This document shows, piece after piece, positions 16,463 to 25,437 of a stretch of 33,101 nt of DNA (position 1 is its first letter; every line of letters begins with the position of its first letter). The notes below the pieces were generated by a model. The model did not search any database. It worked only from the letters and a program-made list of their open reading frames with translations, and had not been told where the DNA came from. The stretch is from Acidimicrobiia bacterium (lineage in GTDB: Bacteria > Actinomycetota > Acidimicrobiia > Acidimicrobiales > JBBRKR01). The translations under genes and the position numbers were made by a program. Location: contig JAYWAI010000248.1 of the NCBI GenBank assembly GCA_043782545.1, positions 1 to 33,101 of the forward strand, read 5' to 3'.

Positions 16463-17578
16463 ATGGCACTAGAACGGAACCTGCTGGGCGCTCGCACGGA
16501 GGCCTCAACCCGAGTGGAAATTTATTCTGGGGTAGCCCGATTGGCGCGAACTGTGTGGGGGAGTGAGGTGCGTATCGCGGGCACGCAACCCAAAGTGGCC
16601 GTCATGATCTGTCACCCGACAGCCAATTTTCTGGGCCACTACGCACTGCCGGGTTTGGCTGAGCGCAGCGTCGGAGCCGTTGGGTTTACCTCGCGTTATG
16701 TCGGCAACGACACGTCGCTCATTATGGAGAACTGCTTGCGCGATATGGGTTCGCTGGTCGAGCATCTCTACGAACGCGGCTATGAAAAGGTCGTGCTCGT
16801 TGGTAATTCCGGCGGCGCGTCAATCGTGCCCTACTACCAAGCGCAAGCCAAGAATCCAACAACTGTGACCGACAGTTTGCGGCCCGTCGACGCGCTGGTG
16901 ATGCTCAACGCCCACCCGTCGCGGGCTCGCCTCAACATCGAGTGGCTCGACCCCGCAATCACCGACGAGTTGCGGCCTTTTGATCGCGACCCCGATCTGG
17001 ATATGTATCACCCCGATCGCACGGTACCCTTCGAAACCGAATTCGTCACGAGATATCGCGCCGCTCAAATAGAACGCAATCGCCGCATTTCCGCCTGGGC
17101 GCTTGAACAATTGGCGCTGATGGGCAACGACCCCAGGCGACCAGAAGCCTTGGACGACATGGCATTTGTGGTGCACGGCACGGCCGCCGACTTGCGTTTT
17201 CTGGATGGCACCATCGACGCGAGTGATCGTGAAATTGGCGTCACGTTGTGGGGTCCGCCCACGGTGGCCAACTACATGCCAGCCGGTATCAGTCGAGTCA
17301 CCACGTTGCGGTCATGGATCAACCAGTGGTCACTCGATCACACCAACGGTGATTCGCTGCGTTGGCTGCCGGAAATCGATGTGCCCATCTTGATTCAATT
17401 GGGCACTGCTGACCCCACCGTGATGCCCGCCATGGCGCAACAAATGTTTGACGCCGCGACGGCCGCACCGAGGCGGGAATTGCACATGATCCCCGGTGCC
17501 ACTCACTATTTCGAAGGGCAGCCGGAGTTGCTCAATGACGCGCTTGACACCATGGTTGCCTTCACCAACTCGTTGTAG
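16463..17578 (+). CDS. Alpha/beta-fold hydrolase
   Basis: 371 aa. Nucleophile elbow VVLVGNSGGAS (GxSxG). A late GATHYFEG segment is consistent with the catalytic His region. Confidence 0.7.
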   Translation: MALERNLLGARTEASTRVEIYSGVARLARTVWGSEVRIAGTQPKVAVMICHPTANFLGHYALPGLAERSVGAVGFTSRYVGNDTSLIMENCLRDMGSLVEHLYERGYEKVVLVGNSGGASIVPYYQAQAKNPTTVTDSLRPVDALVMLNAHPSRARLNIEWLDPAITDELRPFDRDPDLDMYHPDRTVPFETEFVTRYRAAQIERNRRISAWALEQLALMGNDPRRPEALDDMAFVVHGTAADLRFLDGTIDASDREIGVTLWGPPTVANYMPAGISRVTTLRSWINQWSLDHTNGDSLRWLPEIDVPILIQLGTADPTVMPAMAQQMFDAATAAPRRELHMIPGATHYFEGQPELLNDALDTMVAFTNSL

Positions 17579-18410
17579 ATCGCAACCAATTCTCGGAGTA
17601 TTGCTGGGCTTGAGCGGCTTTCATTCCCGCGATGCCATCGGAGTCGATGATGCTGCGAAATGTGCGGCCATCGGGGGCCGTAGCGAGAGCCGCTAGTCCA
17701 AGAGTGTGAGCATCGGCTTTCATGGCGGCACCCCTGAGTGAGGTTGCGCCGCCCGCGTCGGCGGCAGCGTCGATGGCTCGACGATTGGCGAGCACAGATT
17801 GCGACGGCATACGCGTAAGTCGACGCGCCAGATCAAACGCTCTGGCACCGAGTTCCCCGTCGGGTTCGACGCTGAATACGAGGCCGAGTTCGTGGGCTTG
17901 GGCCGCCGAAATGAGTTCGCCAGTGGTCATCAAAAACTTCGCCCATTGCCGACCCACGACGTCGACCAGCGTCGTCGCGCCGACCAAACCAAGTCGGGCT
18001 TCCGGGAACCCGAAAAGTGTTGATTCTGCGGCGAGCACAAAGTCACACGACATGGCTAGCAACAGGCCTGCACCCAAGCAGTGACCGTGCACAGCGGCAA
18101 TGATGGGCTTGGTGCTCGACCGCACCCGTGCGTGAAACGCATCAGCGGTTTCTAAAAACGCCAGATCGTCTTCGTACGTTTCACGCCGTGAGTTACCAGT
18201 GAGGTCCCCTCCACAGCAGAACGATTTCCCCGCCCCGTTGAGGATGATGCACCTGAGGTTGTCGTCGCTCTCAGCGATTACGAGCGCCTCGATGATTTGA
18301 TCGCGAGTACCGCCAGAACGCCCCGAAATCGCGTTGCGCATCTCGGGTCGATTCAGGGTAACCGTGGCGATGCCATCGCTGGTGGCGTATGCGATTTCGT
18401 CAAGTGACAC
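17562..18410 (-). CDS. Enoyl-CoA hydratase/isomerase (crotonase) family protein
   Basis: Contains GIATVTLNRPEMRNA, GAGKSFCCGGDL, AAVHGHCLGAGL and FGFPEARLGL. I prefer GTG 18410, which has TAATCT 7 nt upstream (leaderless). The track start at 18614 would overlap the divergent ligase gene by 160 nt (more against the ligase track ORF). Confidence 0.8.
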   Translation of the reverse strand: MSLDEIAYATSDGIATVTLNRPEMRNAISGRSGGTRDQIIEALVIAESDDNLRCIILNGAGKSFCCGGDLTGNSRRETYEDDLAFLETADAFHARVRSSTKPIIAAVHGHCLGAGLLLAMSCDFVLAAESTLFGFPEARLGLVGATTLVDVVGRQWAKFLMTTGELISAAQAHELGLVFSVEPDGELGARAFDLARRLTRMPSQSVLANRRAIDAAADAGGATSLRGAAMKADAHTLGLAALATAPDGRTFRSIIDSDGIAGMKAAQAQQYSENWLRSTTSW

Positions 18411-18418
18411 GACTGTTA
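18405..18418. promoter_or_regulatory. Degenerate operator copy TGACAC-GA-CTGTTA (2 mismatches)
   Basis: Lies at the crotonase (-) / ligase (+) divergent junction. The left half-site on the minus strand (GTGTCA) equals codons 1-2 of the crotonase gene. A 21-nt stretch is 19/21 identical to the copy at 12506. Confidence 0.35.
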
Positions 18419-18453
18419 GATTAGGCCGCGACGCCCGCCCTAACATGCACACC

Positions 18454-20547
18454 ATGCCAGTCCCTCCGGTCGCGCAAGTGCGCGCCAATCTCGCTCGAAT
18501 GTTGTCACCGAAAACCGTAGCTGTGGTGGGGGCCAACGAATCCCTGGGCATGTCCAACAACGCTGTCATCCCGATGTTGGAAGCGGGTAACAAAGTGTTT
18601 CTAGTGAATCCCAACCGCGACGAGCTATACGGTCAGCACGTGTACCCGAACCTGACCGCGATCGGTCAGCCGATTGACGCGGTGTTGAGCCTGGTGAGCG
18701 CGGCTCGATCGATCGACGTCGTATCAGAAGCGTCCGCTATGGCATGCGGGGGAGTAGCCGTTGCCGCGGCTGGTTTCACCGAAGGCGGCCAGGAAGGCGT
18801 CACGCTCCAAGGCCAGCTCGCAGCGACCGCTGGCACGATGGCCATTGTCGGACCGAATTGCAGTGGGTTTAAAAACGTGGGGTTGGGCGTGAACCTTTTC
18901 ACGGGCGGTCGCATCGACCTCGCTGCTGGTGGTGTTGGCATTGTTTCGCAAAGCGGATTTTTGGTGCGCTCGGCCATGGCCGCCGCGGCCGAGCGAGCAC
19001 TCGGCGTGTCAATTGCGGTGTCGTGCGGCAATGAAGCCGTGTGTGACCTTGCCGACTACGTGACTGTTTTGGCGGCCCACGAAACCACAAACGTCATCTG
19101 TTTGGTTATCGAAACGATCCGTCGGCCTCGGGAGTTTTTCGAGGCTGTTGCCTTGGCGAGGGCCGCGCGCAAACCGGTGATCGCTCTCAAACTGGGCCGC
19201 ACCGATCGGAGTCGCCGGATCATGCAATCCCACACCGGCGCCATTGCCGATTCGGCGTGGGTGTACGACGTGGCATTTCGAGAACACGGCGTGATCATCG
19301 CTCGCGACATCGACGATCTCTTGGACCGAGCTCAGCTGTTTGAACAAATTCCCGTGCTTCGGAGAACCAAGGTGCGTTCAATCGGCATGATCACCACGTC
19401 AGGAGGCGTCGCCGCGCTGGCCGCCGACATTGCCGACGACCTCGACGCTCCGTTGAGCCCGTTGATGGAAATTGAAACATGGGTACGCGAACGGGTGCCC
19501 GGCGATACCGTCAACCCGCTTGATCTCACCGGTTTTGTGATGTCGAAATCGGAGCTGATGGAAGAAGTGTTCGATAAGTACGCCGCCAATGTCGATGCAC
19601 TGGTGTTGGCGTGGTGGGCTGGAGACGGCGACGAAAATTGGAGCAGAACGTTGTTGACGCCATTCGCCAATTCGGCGACCCGGGCCAACATCCCGTTCGT
19701 TGTGAGCCCAGTGGAATCAACCGGATTGGGGCCGTGGGTGGACGACTGGCGCAGTCGCGGGCTCACGTTTACGCGGGGCATCACCTCCACCTATCGGGCA
19801 CTGGAATCTCTCGGCCCGTTGGTAATGATCGACCGCGAAGCTGGGCCAGCGAGGCACACAACCGCACTCCCACGGCCCGCCACGATGCCATCCACTGTCG
19901 GTCCGATGGTCACGTTCGTTGACGCCATGACGCTCCTGGCAAACGCCGGATTCACTGTTGCCCCGTTTGTCATGTTGGAAGCCGATGACCGCCCGTCAGA
20001 GGTTCAGCATCTCGGCGATTCGCTGGTGGTGAAGTTGGCCGATGTTCCTCATCGGACCGAACTCGGTGCTGTTCGGCTGAACGTGCCGGTTGCCGCGGTG
20101 GCCGCAGTCGCCGACGAATTGCGTGCCATCGCCCGAAGTAACGGTGTGCCGGAAACTGTTGTCGTTCAGGGTTCGGTGAGTGGATTCGGTGAGGCGTTCG
20201 CTGGTCTGCAGTGTGACAACCAACTCGGTTCGGTGGCTCTTTTCGGGCTCGGTGGCGTGCTCGTTGAGGTCACCAAAAACGTGGGCGGCCGCATGTTGCC
20301 GTTGTCGAAAACAACGACAGAATCACTCGCCAACGAAGTAGCAGGCCCAGAAGTCTTCGCCCAGTTGCGCGGTCAAACTCCGTGGCCTGAGGATCACGTC
20401 AACGCCATGCTGAACGCCCTAAATGCCTTCTGGCGTGCCAACAATTCGTGGTTGGCATCCGTTGACCTCAACCCTTTGATTGTCACGCCGACGGGCCTTG
20501 TGGCCGTCGATGCGCTGATCGTGGCCCAAACCACCGAGCAGTTCTAA
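18454..20547 (+). CDS. NDP(ADP)-forming acyl-CoA synthetase (acetate--CoA ligase family; CoA-binding, ligase-CoA and ATP-grasp domains)
   Basis: ~697 aa. Contains LSPKTVAVVGANES, IVGPNCSGF and VSQSGF, plus a C-terminal ATP-grasp-like region. ATG 18454 is preceded by TAACAT plus 7 nt. Confidence 0.85.
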   Translation: MPVPPVAQVRANLARMLSPKTVAVVGANESLGMSNNAVIPMLEAGNKVFLVNPNRDELYGQHVYPNLTAIGQPIDAVLSLVSAARSIDVVSEASAMACGGVAVAAAGFTEGGQEGVTLQGQLAATAGTMAIVGPNCSGFKNVGLGVNLFTGGRIDLAAGGVGIVSQSGFLVRSAMAAAAERALGVSIAVSCGNEAVCDLADYVTVLAAHETTNVICLVIETIRRPREFFEAVALARAARKPVIALKLGRTDRSRRIMQSHTGAIADSAWVYDVAFREHGVIIARDIDDLLDRAQLFEQIPVLRRTKVRSIGMITTSGGVAALAADIADDLDAPLSPLMEIETWVRERVPGDTVNPLDLTGFVMSKSELMEEVFDKYAANVDALVLAWWAGDGDENWSRTLLTPFANSATRANIPFVVSPVESTGLGPWVDDWRSRGLTFTRGITSTYRALESLGPLVMIDREAGPARHTTALPRPATMPSTVGPMVTFVDAMTLLANAGFTVAPFVMLEADDRPSEVQHLGDSLVVKLADVPHRTELGAVRLNVPVAAVAAVADELRAIARSNGVPETVVVQGSVSGFGEAFAGLQCDNQLGSVALFGLGGVLVEVTKNVGGRMLPLSKTTTESLANEVAGPEVFAQLRGQTPWPEDHVNAMLNALNAFWRANNSWLASVDLNPLIVTPTGLVAVDALIVAQTTEQF

Positions 20548-21363
20548 CTAGTGCACTAAGAAGCCGGCATCGACGGGCAACGCAACGCCCGTGATGTAGC
20601 GAGCTTGTTCTGACACCAAAAACTCCACGGCGTCTGAAATATCTTCGGGTTGCAAGATTTGCACCGGTAGCGCATTTTGCATTGCCGACAACGCAGGGTC
20701 GTTCGCGGCCATCATGGCGGCCATAGCTTCGTTCATAACCATGCCGGTGGCTACGCCAGTCGGGTGGATCGAATTGACCCGAATGCTGTGCTTGGCCAAC
20801 TCTCCAGCGTATTGCTTCATGAGGCCGACCAGTGCGTGCTTGGATGCCGTGTAGGCCTGCGAACCGGCGTTGGAACTGGCTGGAGGCTTGAGCCCAGCGG
20901 TCGAACTGGTGATGATGATCGAGCCGCCGCGCCCGCCGTCGATCAAGGTGGGGATGGCAATTTGACACGTGTTCCACACCCCGGTGAGGTTGGTGGCAAT
21001 GATGTCGAGCCATTCATTGACAGGGTCTGGGCCCGGTGCCAGTCGCACGATGCCAGCATTGGCGATCACGATGTCACACCGTCCAAATACGTCAACCCCA
21101 GCCTTGAACGCGGCGGCGACAGCGGCGTGATCGCGCACGTCGGCCCGGGTCGCCACAATTCGGCCGCCCAGCGCCTCGACTAAGTCGACCGTTTCGGCCA
21201 TGTCGGCGAGCGAGGCGTTGGGATAGTCCATCGACGCAATATCAGCGCAAATGTCGAGCCCGATGATGTGCGCCCCTTGGCTAGCCAGACGCACCGCGTG
21301 CGATCGTCCTTGGCCGCGGGCCACCCCGGTGATGAATGCGACTTTTCCGTCCAGTGTTCCCAT
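20548..21363 (-). CDS. SDR, mycofactocin-coupled / carveol-dehydrogenase-like subfamily (second paralog)
   Basis: 271 aa from ATG 21363 (AGGAG overlaps the upstream stop codon). Contains LDGKVAFITGVARGQGRSHAVRLASQGAHIIGLDICADIASMDYPNASLADMAETV..DVRD and YTASK. Confidence 0.8.
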   Translation of the reverse strand: MGTLDGKVAFITGVARGQGRSHAVRLASQGAHIIGLDICADIASMDYPNASLADMAETVDLVEALGGRIVATRADVRDHAAVAAAFKAGVDVFGRCDIVIANAGIVRLAPGPDPVNEWLDIIATNLTGVWNTCQIAIPTLIDGGRGGSIIITSSTAGLKPPASSNAGSQAYTASKHALVGLMKQYAGELAKHSIRVNSIHPTGVATGMVMNEAMAAMMAANDPALSAMQNALPVQILQPEDISDAVEFLVSEQARYITGVALPVDAGFLVH

Positions 21364-21370
21364 GATGCTC

Positions 21371-22288
21371 CTAGTTGAGTGTGAGGCCCGCGGCGCGTGT
21401 GCCGAAGACCTGTGTTGCCATGACATTGCCGAGCGTGATGGCGTCCCAACGTTTGCCGCCATTGCTGATGATCTTGTCTTCTGTCCAGCCGCCCATCAGG
21501 AAGATCTTTTCGCCCATGGCCCGGATGACTTGACCGCTGACATGCCCAGCTTCTGGGCTGGCCAACCATGCCACTACAGGGCAACACAACGACGGATCCA
21601 TTGGGTCGAATTCGTCAACCGGAATTTCATCGGGCTCGCGAATAGATGCGCCGGTGAGGCCAGCTGAAATTCGAGTAATGCCACCCGGCCCAATGCAATT
21701 GGCGGTGACGCCGAGGCGAGCCAGTTCCAGATTGAGGGTGAGCGTCATGCCCACGATGGCTGCTTTGGCGGTGCCGTAATTGGTCTGGCCAAAGTTGCCC
21801 AGCAACCCCGCTCCGGACGTCGTGTTGATGATGCGCCCGTACGCGATACCTCCGGCCCCTTTGGCGGCATCGCGCCAATGTTGCGCAGCTGCCCTCGAGG
21901 TGAGCCATGTGCCGCGGACGTGCACGTTCATCACGAGATCAAAATCTTGCACAGTCATATTCCAGATCACTCGGTCGCGCACGATGCCGGCGTTGTTGAC
22001 CAAAATGTCCAGACGCCCGTACTCGTCGATGGCCTGTTGCACCATGGCGTTGGCGTCAGTCTCGTCTGCCACATTGCCGTAGTTGGCGCTGGCAATTCCG
22101 CCGCGTTCCTGAATGATTCCTACAACGACGTCAGCGTCTCGGCCCGCTCCCTCGCCGCTCACGTTGGAGCCCAAATCGTTGACGATGACGGTGGCCCCAT
22201 GCTTGGCGAGCTCGAGAGCGTGGCCGCGTCCAATGCCGTGACCGGCTCCAGTAACGAGGGCGATTTTTCCGTCCAGTAGTTTGGGCAT
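21371..22288 (-). CDS. SDR, Hsd4A / MFE-2 N-terminal-domain-like 3-hydroxyacyl-CoA dehydrogenase
   Basis: 305 aa from ATG 22288. Contains LDGKIALVTGAGHGIGRGHALELAKHGATVIVNDLGSNVSGEG, NNAGI and YGTAKAA, with a C-terminal extension typical of this group. Confidence 0.8.
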   Translation of the reverse strand: MPKLLDGKIALVTGAGHGIGRGHALELAKHGATVIVNDLGSNVSGEGAGRDADVVVGIIQERGGIASANYGNVADETDANAMVQQAIDEYGRLDILVNNAGIVRDRVIWNMTVQDFDLVMNVHVRGTWLTSRAAAQHWRDAAKGAGGIAYGRIINTTSGAGLLGNFGQTNYGTAKAAIVGMTLTLNLELARLGVTANCIGPGGITRISAGLTGASIREPDEIPVDEFDPMDPSLCCPVVAWLASPEAGHVSGQVIRAMGEKIFLMGGWTEDKIISNGGKRWDAITLGNVMATQVFGTRAAGLTLN

Positions 22289-22294
22289 ATCGAT

Positions 22295-22308
22295 TGACAC
22301 TAGCGTCA
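22295..22308. promoter_or_regulatory. Candidate operator TGACAC-TA-GCGTCA (1 mismatch)
   Basis: Lies in the 42-bp divergent spacer between the Hsd4A-like SDR (-) and the first crotonase (+). The right flank GA extends the symmetry. Confidence 0.45.
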
Positions 22309-22330
22309 GAAGCTCGATCGAGGGAGAGTC

Positions 22331-23134
22331 GTGACGGATACTGCAAATCAATCAAGTGGCATCGCGGTGCACCACGACGACGGGATTACAAAGGTCACAT
22401 TGGCACGGCCGCAGCGGCGCAACGCCATCGACGTTGACACGGCCCGTGAGCTCACTGCCCTGTTGTTCAACGCCAATACCGATAGTGGCATTCGGGCCAT
22501 CGTGGTCACCGGCACCGATCGTGATTTTTGCACCGGTGCCGACGCCGTGAGTGACCCCAACGCGCCGCGGCCCACCACGCTGGATTACCGTTACGCCACA
22601 GAGGATTACCGCCGATTGTTTCAAGCACTCTGGGAAGTAGAAAAGCCAGTGGTGAGCGCGGTCAACGGCACTGTTGCCGGTGCGGGGTGGATGTTGGCGT
22701 TGCTGGCCGACCTTGTGGTGGCCCGTGAAGATGCCCGATGGACGCATGTGTTTAATCGTCGCGGCATGGTGCCCCACGCTGGCGATCCCTATTTCTTGGC
22801 GCGCATTATTCCCTTCCATCGTCTCAACGAAATAGCCATGTTGGGCGATTCCGTGACGTCGAAAGACCTCTACGAGTGGGGCATAGTCAACCGATGCGTG
22901 ACCGATGGTGAGGTGATGCCAACTGCAATGGATTTGGCCCGGCGGCTAGCGCAAGGTCCCACCCGCACGCTTGGTCTCACCAAGCGCCTATATCGTCGAT
23001 CGCTGACCAGCGATATGGCCACCGCGTTCGAAGATGAGCGCAATGCCACTGCGTTGATCTCGACAACTGCGGATCGTCTCGAAGGCGTGCAGTCATTCGT
23101 AGACGGTCGTCCACCGAATTTTATTGGCAACTGA
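22331..23134 (+). CDS. Enoyl-CoA hydratase/isomerase family protein
   Basis: 267 aa. Contains ITKVTLARPQRRNA, GTDRDFCTGAD and AVNGTVAGAGW. GTG start with GAGGGAGAG upstream. Confidence 0.9.
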   Translation: MTDTANQSSGIAVHHDDGITKVTLARPQRRNAIDVDTARELTALLFNANTDSGIRAIVVTGTDRDFCTGADAVSDPNAPRPTTLDYRYATEDYRRLFQALWEVEKPVVSAVNGTVAGAGWMLALLADLVVAREDARWTHVFNRRGMVPHAGDPYFLARIIPFHRLNEIAMLGDSVTSKDLYEWGIVNRCVTDGEVMPTAMDLARRLAQGPTRTLGLTKRLYRRSLTSDMATAFEDERNATALISTTADRLEGVQSFVDGRPPNFIGN

Positions 23135-23144
23135 AAGGCCGAAT

Positions 23145-23888
23145 ATGTCCGTACAATCTCAAGTAACTGACGGCGTGTTGATCATCACGCTCGATCGCCC
23201 AGAAGCGGGAAACTCGCTGAATCCCGAGGTCGGGAGCGGCATCGTGGGCGCTATGACACAGGCCGAAGCGGATCCCGATATTCGCGTGATTGTGGTGACC
23301 GGTGCCGGTGAGAAAATCTTCTGCGCCGGCATGGATCTCAAGGCATTCGCCGCCGGCGAGGACATGGCGCCGGTTGGCAAAGCTCTCAACATGTTGAGAG
23401 CAAGCAAGAAGCCAATCATTGCGGCCGTAAATGGCGCTGCAGTGGCTGGCGGCTTCGAAGTCGTGATGACGTGCGACCTCGTGGTGGCCGTCGAACATGC
23501 CAAATTCGGCATTCCGGAAGTGAAACGCGGTTTAGTGGCCGCTGGTGGCGGCACACGCTTGCCCACTCGTATCCCATTACAAGTGGCCCTGGAAATGGGG
23601 CTCACCGGCGATCCGATTTCGGCCGCTCGGGCGCTCGGATTAGGACTCATTAATCGTGTGGTGCCGGCCGCTGATTTGATGGCCGCCGCGCTCGAGTTGG
23701 CGGGGCGAATCACCGCTAACGGTCCGCTTGCCGTGCAGGCAACCAAACAGCTGATGCTTGAAGAGATGGGCGCTGATATTTCGGCCCACGTGCTCGAGGT
23801 GACACGACATGTATTCGCCAGTCACGATGCCATCGAGGGCGCCACGGCGTTCGCCCAAAAGCGCCCACCGGTGTGGACGGGTAGCTAA
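23145..23888 (+). CDS. Enoyl-CoA hydratase (crotonase)
   Basis: 247 aa from ATG 23145 (GAAAGG RBS). Contains VLIITLDRPEAGNSL, GAGEKIFCAGMDLK, AAVNGAAVAGGFE and FGIPEVKRGL. Confidence 0.9.
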   Translation: MSVQSQVTDGVLIITLDRPEAGNSLNPEVGSGIVGAMTQAEADPDIRVIVVTGAGEKIFCAGMDLKAFAAGEDMAPVGKALNMLRASKKPIIAAVNGAAVAGGFEVVMTCDLVVAVEHAKFGIPEVKRGLVAAGGGTRLPTRIPLQVALEMGLTGDPISAARALGLGLINRVVPAADLMAAALELAGRITANGPLAVQATKQLMLEEMGADISAHVLEVTRHVFASHDAIEGATAFAQKRPPVWTGS

Positions 23889-25018
23889 CGCGTCAGCAAC
23901 ATCGCGCCGGAGAATGGCCCCACCGCGTTGGCCCACACGGCCACCTCGGCGTTGTCGACCTGTCGATCGCCACACTGCCCCCGCAATTGGCGCGTTGCTT
24001 CGATGCAAAAATTGGCGCCATGACGACGCCCCACATTGATCGCTCCACCGTCGGTGTTCGTCGGCATCGCACCTCCTAAACGCGTATTGCCTTCGGCAAT
24101 AAACGGCCCGGCCTGCCCCGGCGGACACAGGCCGAGTGCTTCGAGCCATTGAAACGTGATGATCGAAAACCCGTCGTACAGATGAGCACAATCAACGTCG
24201 GCTGGTTTCAGATCAGTACGCGACCACAACACCTCGGCACAGTGCGCGGGGGATGTGTGCACCATGTCGGGCAAGATCTCAAAATTCATGTCATGAATCG
24301 CCGAGAGTGCCGATGCCTCGATAAACACTTCTGGTTGTTTGAGATCTCGTGCCCGCTCCTCAGTCGTGAAAATCACCGCGGAGCCAGAGTCGCACGGGTA
24401 GTCACAATCCAGTATCCGTAATGGTTTTGTGATGTATGGCTGCGCCAAGAAGTCGGCTTTGCTCAGCGGTCCGCGCATGAGCGCATTGTCGTTCAAGCGG
24501 GCGTACTCACGCTGCACCTCGGCGAACGCAGCAAAGTGCTCTTCGGTCGCATCAGATTCGTGCATGTAGCGATTCATGAGCAATCCAGCCCATTGGGTCG
24601 GGCTGAAATCGCCGAACGGATATTGGAATTGTGTATCGCCGGGGCTCGGTGAGCCGAGCATCGCGCCACCAGCAGCCAAAGCAGCGCTTGAAGGTTGTTG
24701 CATCATCAAACGAAACGACATGCACACTTCGCTATGGCCCGTGGCCACTGCTTGCGCGGCGTGATACGCCGGTGTGATGAACGCGGGGGACGTACCCACG
24801 TTGAGATTCCACTGGAGTTTGTTGAAGCCCAACATCCAGGCAAAGTCGGTGGCGTCACCACCCCAGGTGCTCACTCCGTCGATGTCGCTGGCCTTGAGAC
24901 CGGCGTCGTCGAGAGCGGCGACGGCCGCTTGGGCGGCGTGCATGCGTTCACTCATACCCGAATTTCGGGCCACTTGGGAATAGCCAACGCCGACGATAGC
25001 AACACGACGATTTTTCAC
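23885..25018 (-). CDS. Thiolase-superfamily protein, SCP-x/Ltp type
   Basis: 377 aa. Contains MKNRRVAIVGVGYSQVAR and NTDGGAINVGRRHG. GTGA overlap with the upstream DUF35 gene. No Cys is visible at the expected nucleophile position. Confidence 0.85.
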   Translation of the reverse strand: MKNRRVAIVGVGYSQVARNSGMSERMHAAQAAVAALDDAGLKASDIDGVSTWGGDATDFAWMLGFNKLQWNLNVGTSPAFITPAYHAAQAVATGHSEVCMSFRLMMQQPSSAALAAGGAMLGSPSPGDTQFQYPFGDFSPTQWAGLLMNRYMHESDATEEHFAAFAEVQREYARLNDNALMRGPLSKADFLAQPYITKPLRILDCDYPCDSGSAVIFTTEERARDLKQPEVFIEASALSAIHDMNFEILPDMVHTSPAHCAEVLWSRTDLKPADVDCAHLYDGFSIITFQWLEALGLCPPGQAGPFIAEGNTRLGGAMPTNTDGGAINVGRRHGANFCIEATRQLRGQCGDRQVDNAEVAVWANAVGPFSGAMLLTR

Positions 25019-25437
25019 TTCGACACCGGCCGAAAAACAGGAATCGTGATTTCATCTGAGAGCATTTCGAAGTCGACTTCGAGCGCCATGCCAATGCGGG
25101 CATCTGACTCAGAAACGCCAACCAAGTTGGACAAGAAGTGCAATTGCGGTTGTTCAATTAGTGCGACGGTGGCCAACAAGTACGGCACCCGGTCGACGAA
25201 GTAAGGGTGAAACGCTTTGTGCGTTTCGGTAAATGAATACAGCGTTGCCCGTCCGGAAACTTGCTCGAAGGCCAGGTCGAAACCTTGGCAATTGCGGCAA
25301 ACGGGTCGCGGCAGATGGATATACGTGCCGCATGCCTGGCAACGCAAAATGCGAAGCTGGCGTTGCCGGGTACCTTCCCAAAATGGCTCGGTGAACGGCT
25401 CGATAACTATTGGCGGAGGAGCGACATTTTGACTCAT
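25015..25437 (-). CDS. DUF35 OB-fold / Zn-ribbon protein (thiolase partner)
   Basis: 140 aa. Contains FWEGTRQRQLRILRCQACGTYIHLPRPVCRNC (Cys4 ribbon) followed by an OB-fold tail. The ATG overlaps the TetR stop codon (ATGA). Confidence 0.85.
   Translation of the reverse strand: MSQNVAPPPIVIEPFTEPFWEGTRQRQLRILRCQACGTYIHLPRPVCRNCQGFDLAFEQVSGRATLYSFTETHKAFHPYFVDRVPYLLATVALIEQPQLHFLSNLVGVSESDARIGMALEVDFEMLSDEITIPVFRPVSK

Noticed and set aside
18334-18614. Long head-to-head overlap implied by the maximal ORFs of the ligase (from 18334) and crotonase (to 18614)
   Set aside because: The extensions lack similarity to the conserved N-termini of either family. Internal starts at 18454 and 18410 have TANNNT boxes at leaderless spacing and give normal protein lengths.
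22312-22321. 10-bp perfect palindrome CTCGATCGAG in the Hsd4A-like / crotonase spacer
   Set aside because: It is short, occurs once, and overlaps the SD region of the crotonase gene. I cannot distinguish it from chance, and the junction already carries a copy of the recurrent 14-bp palindrome.
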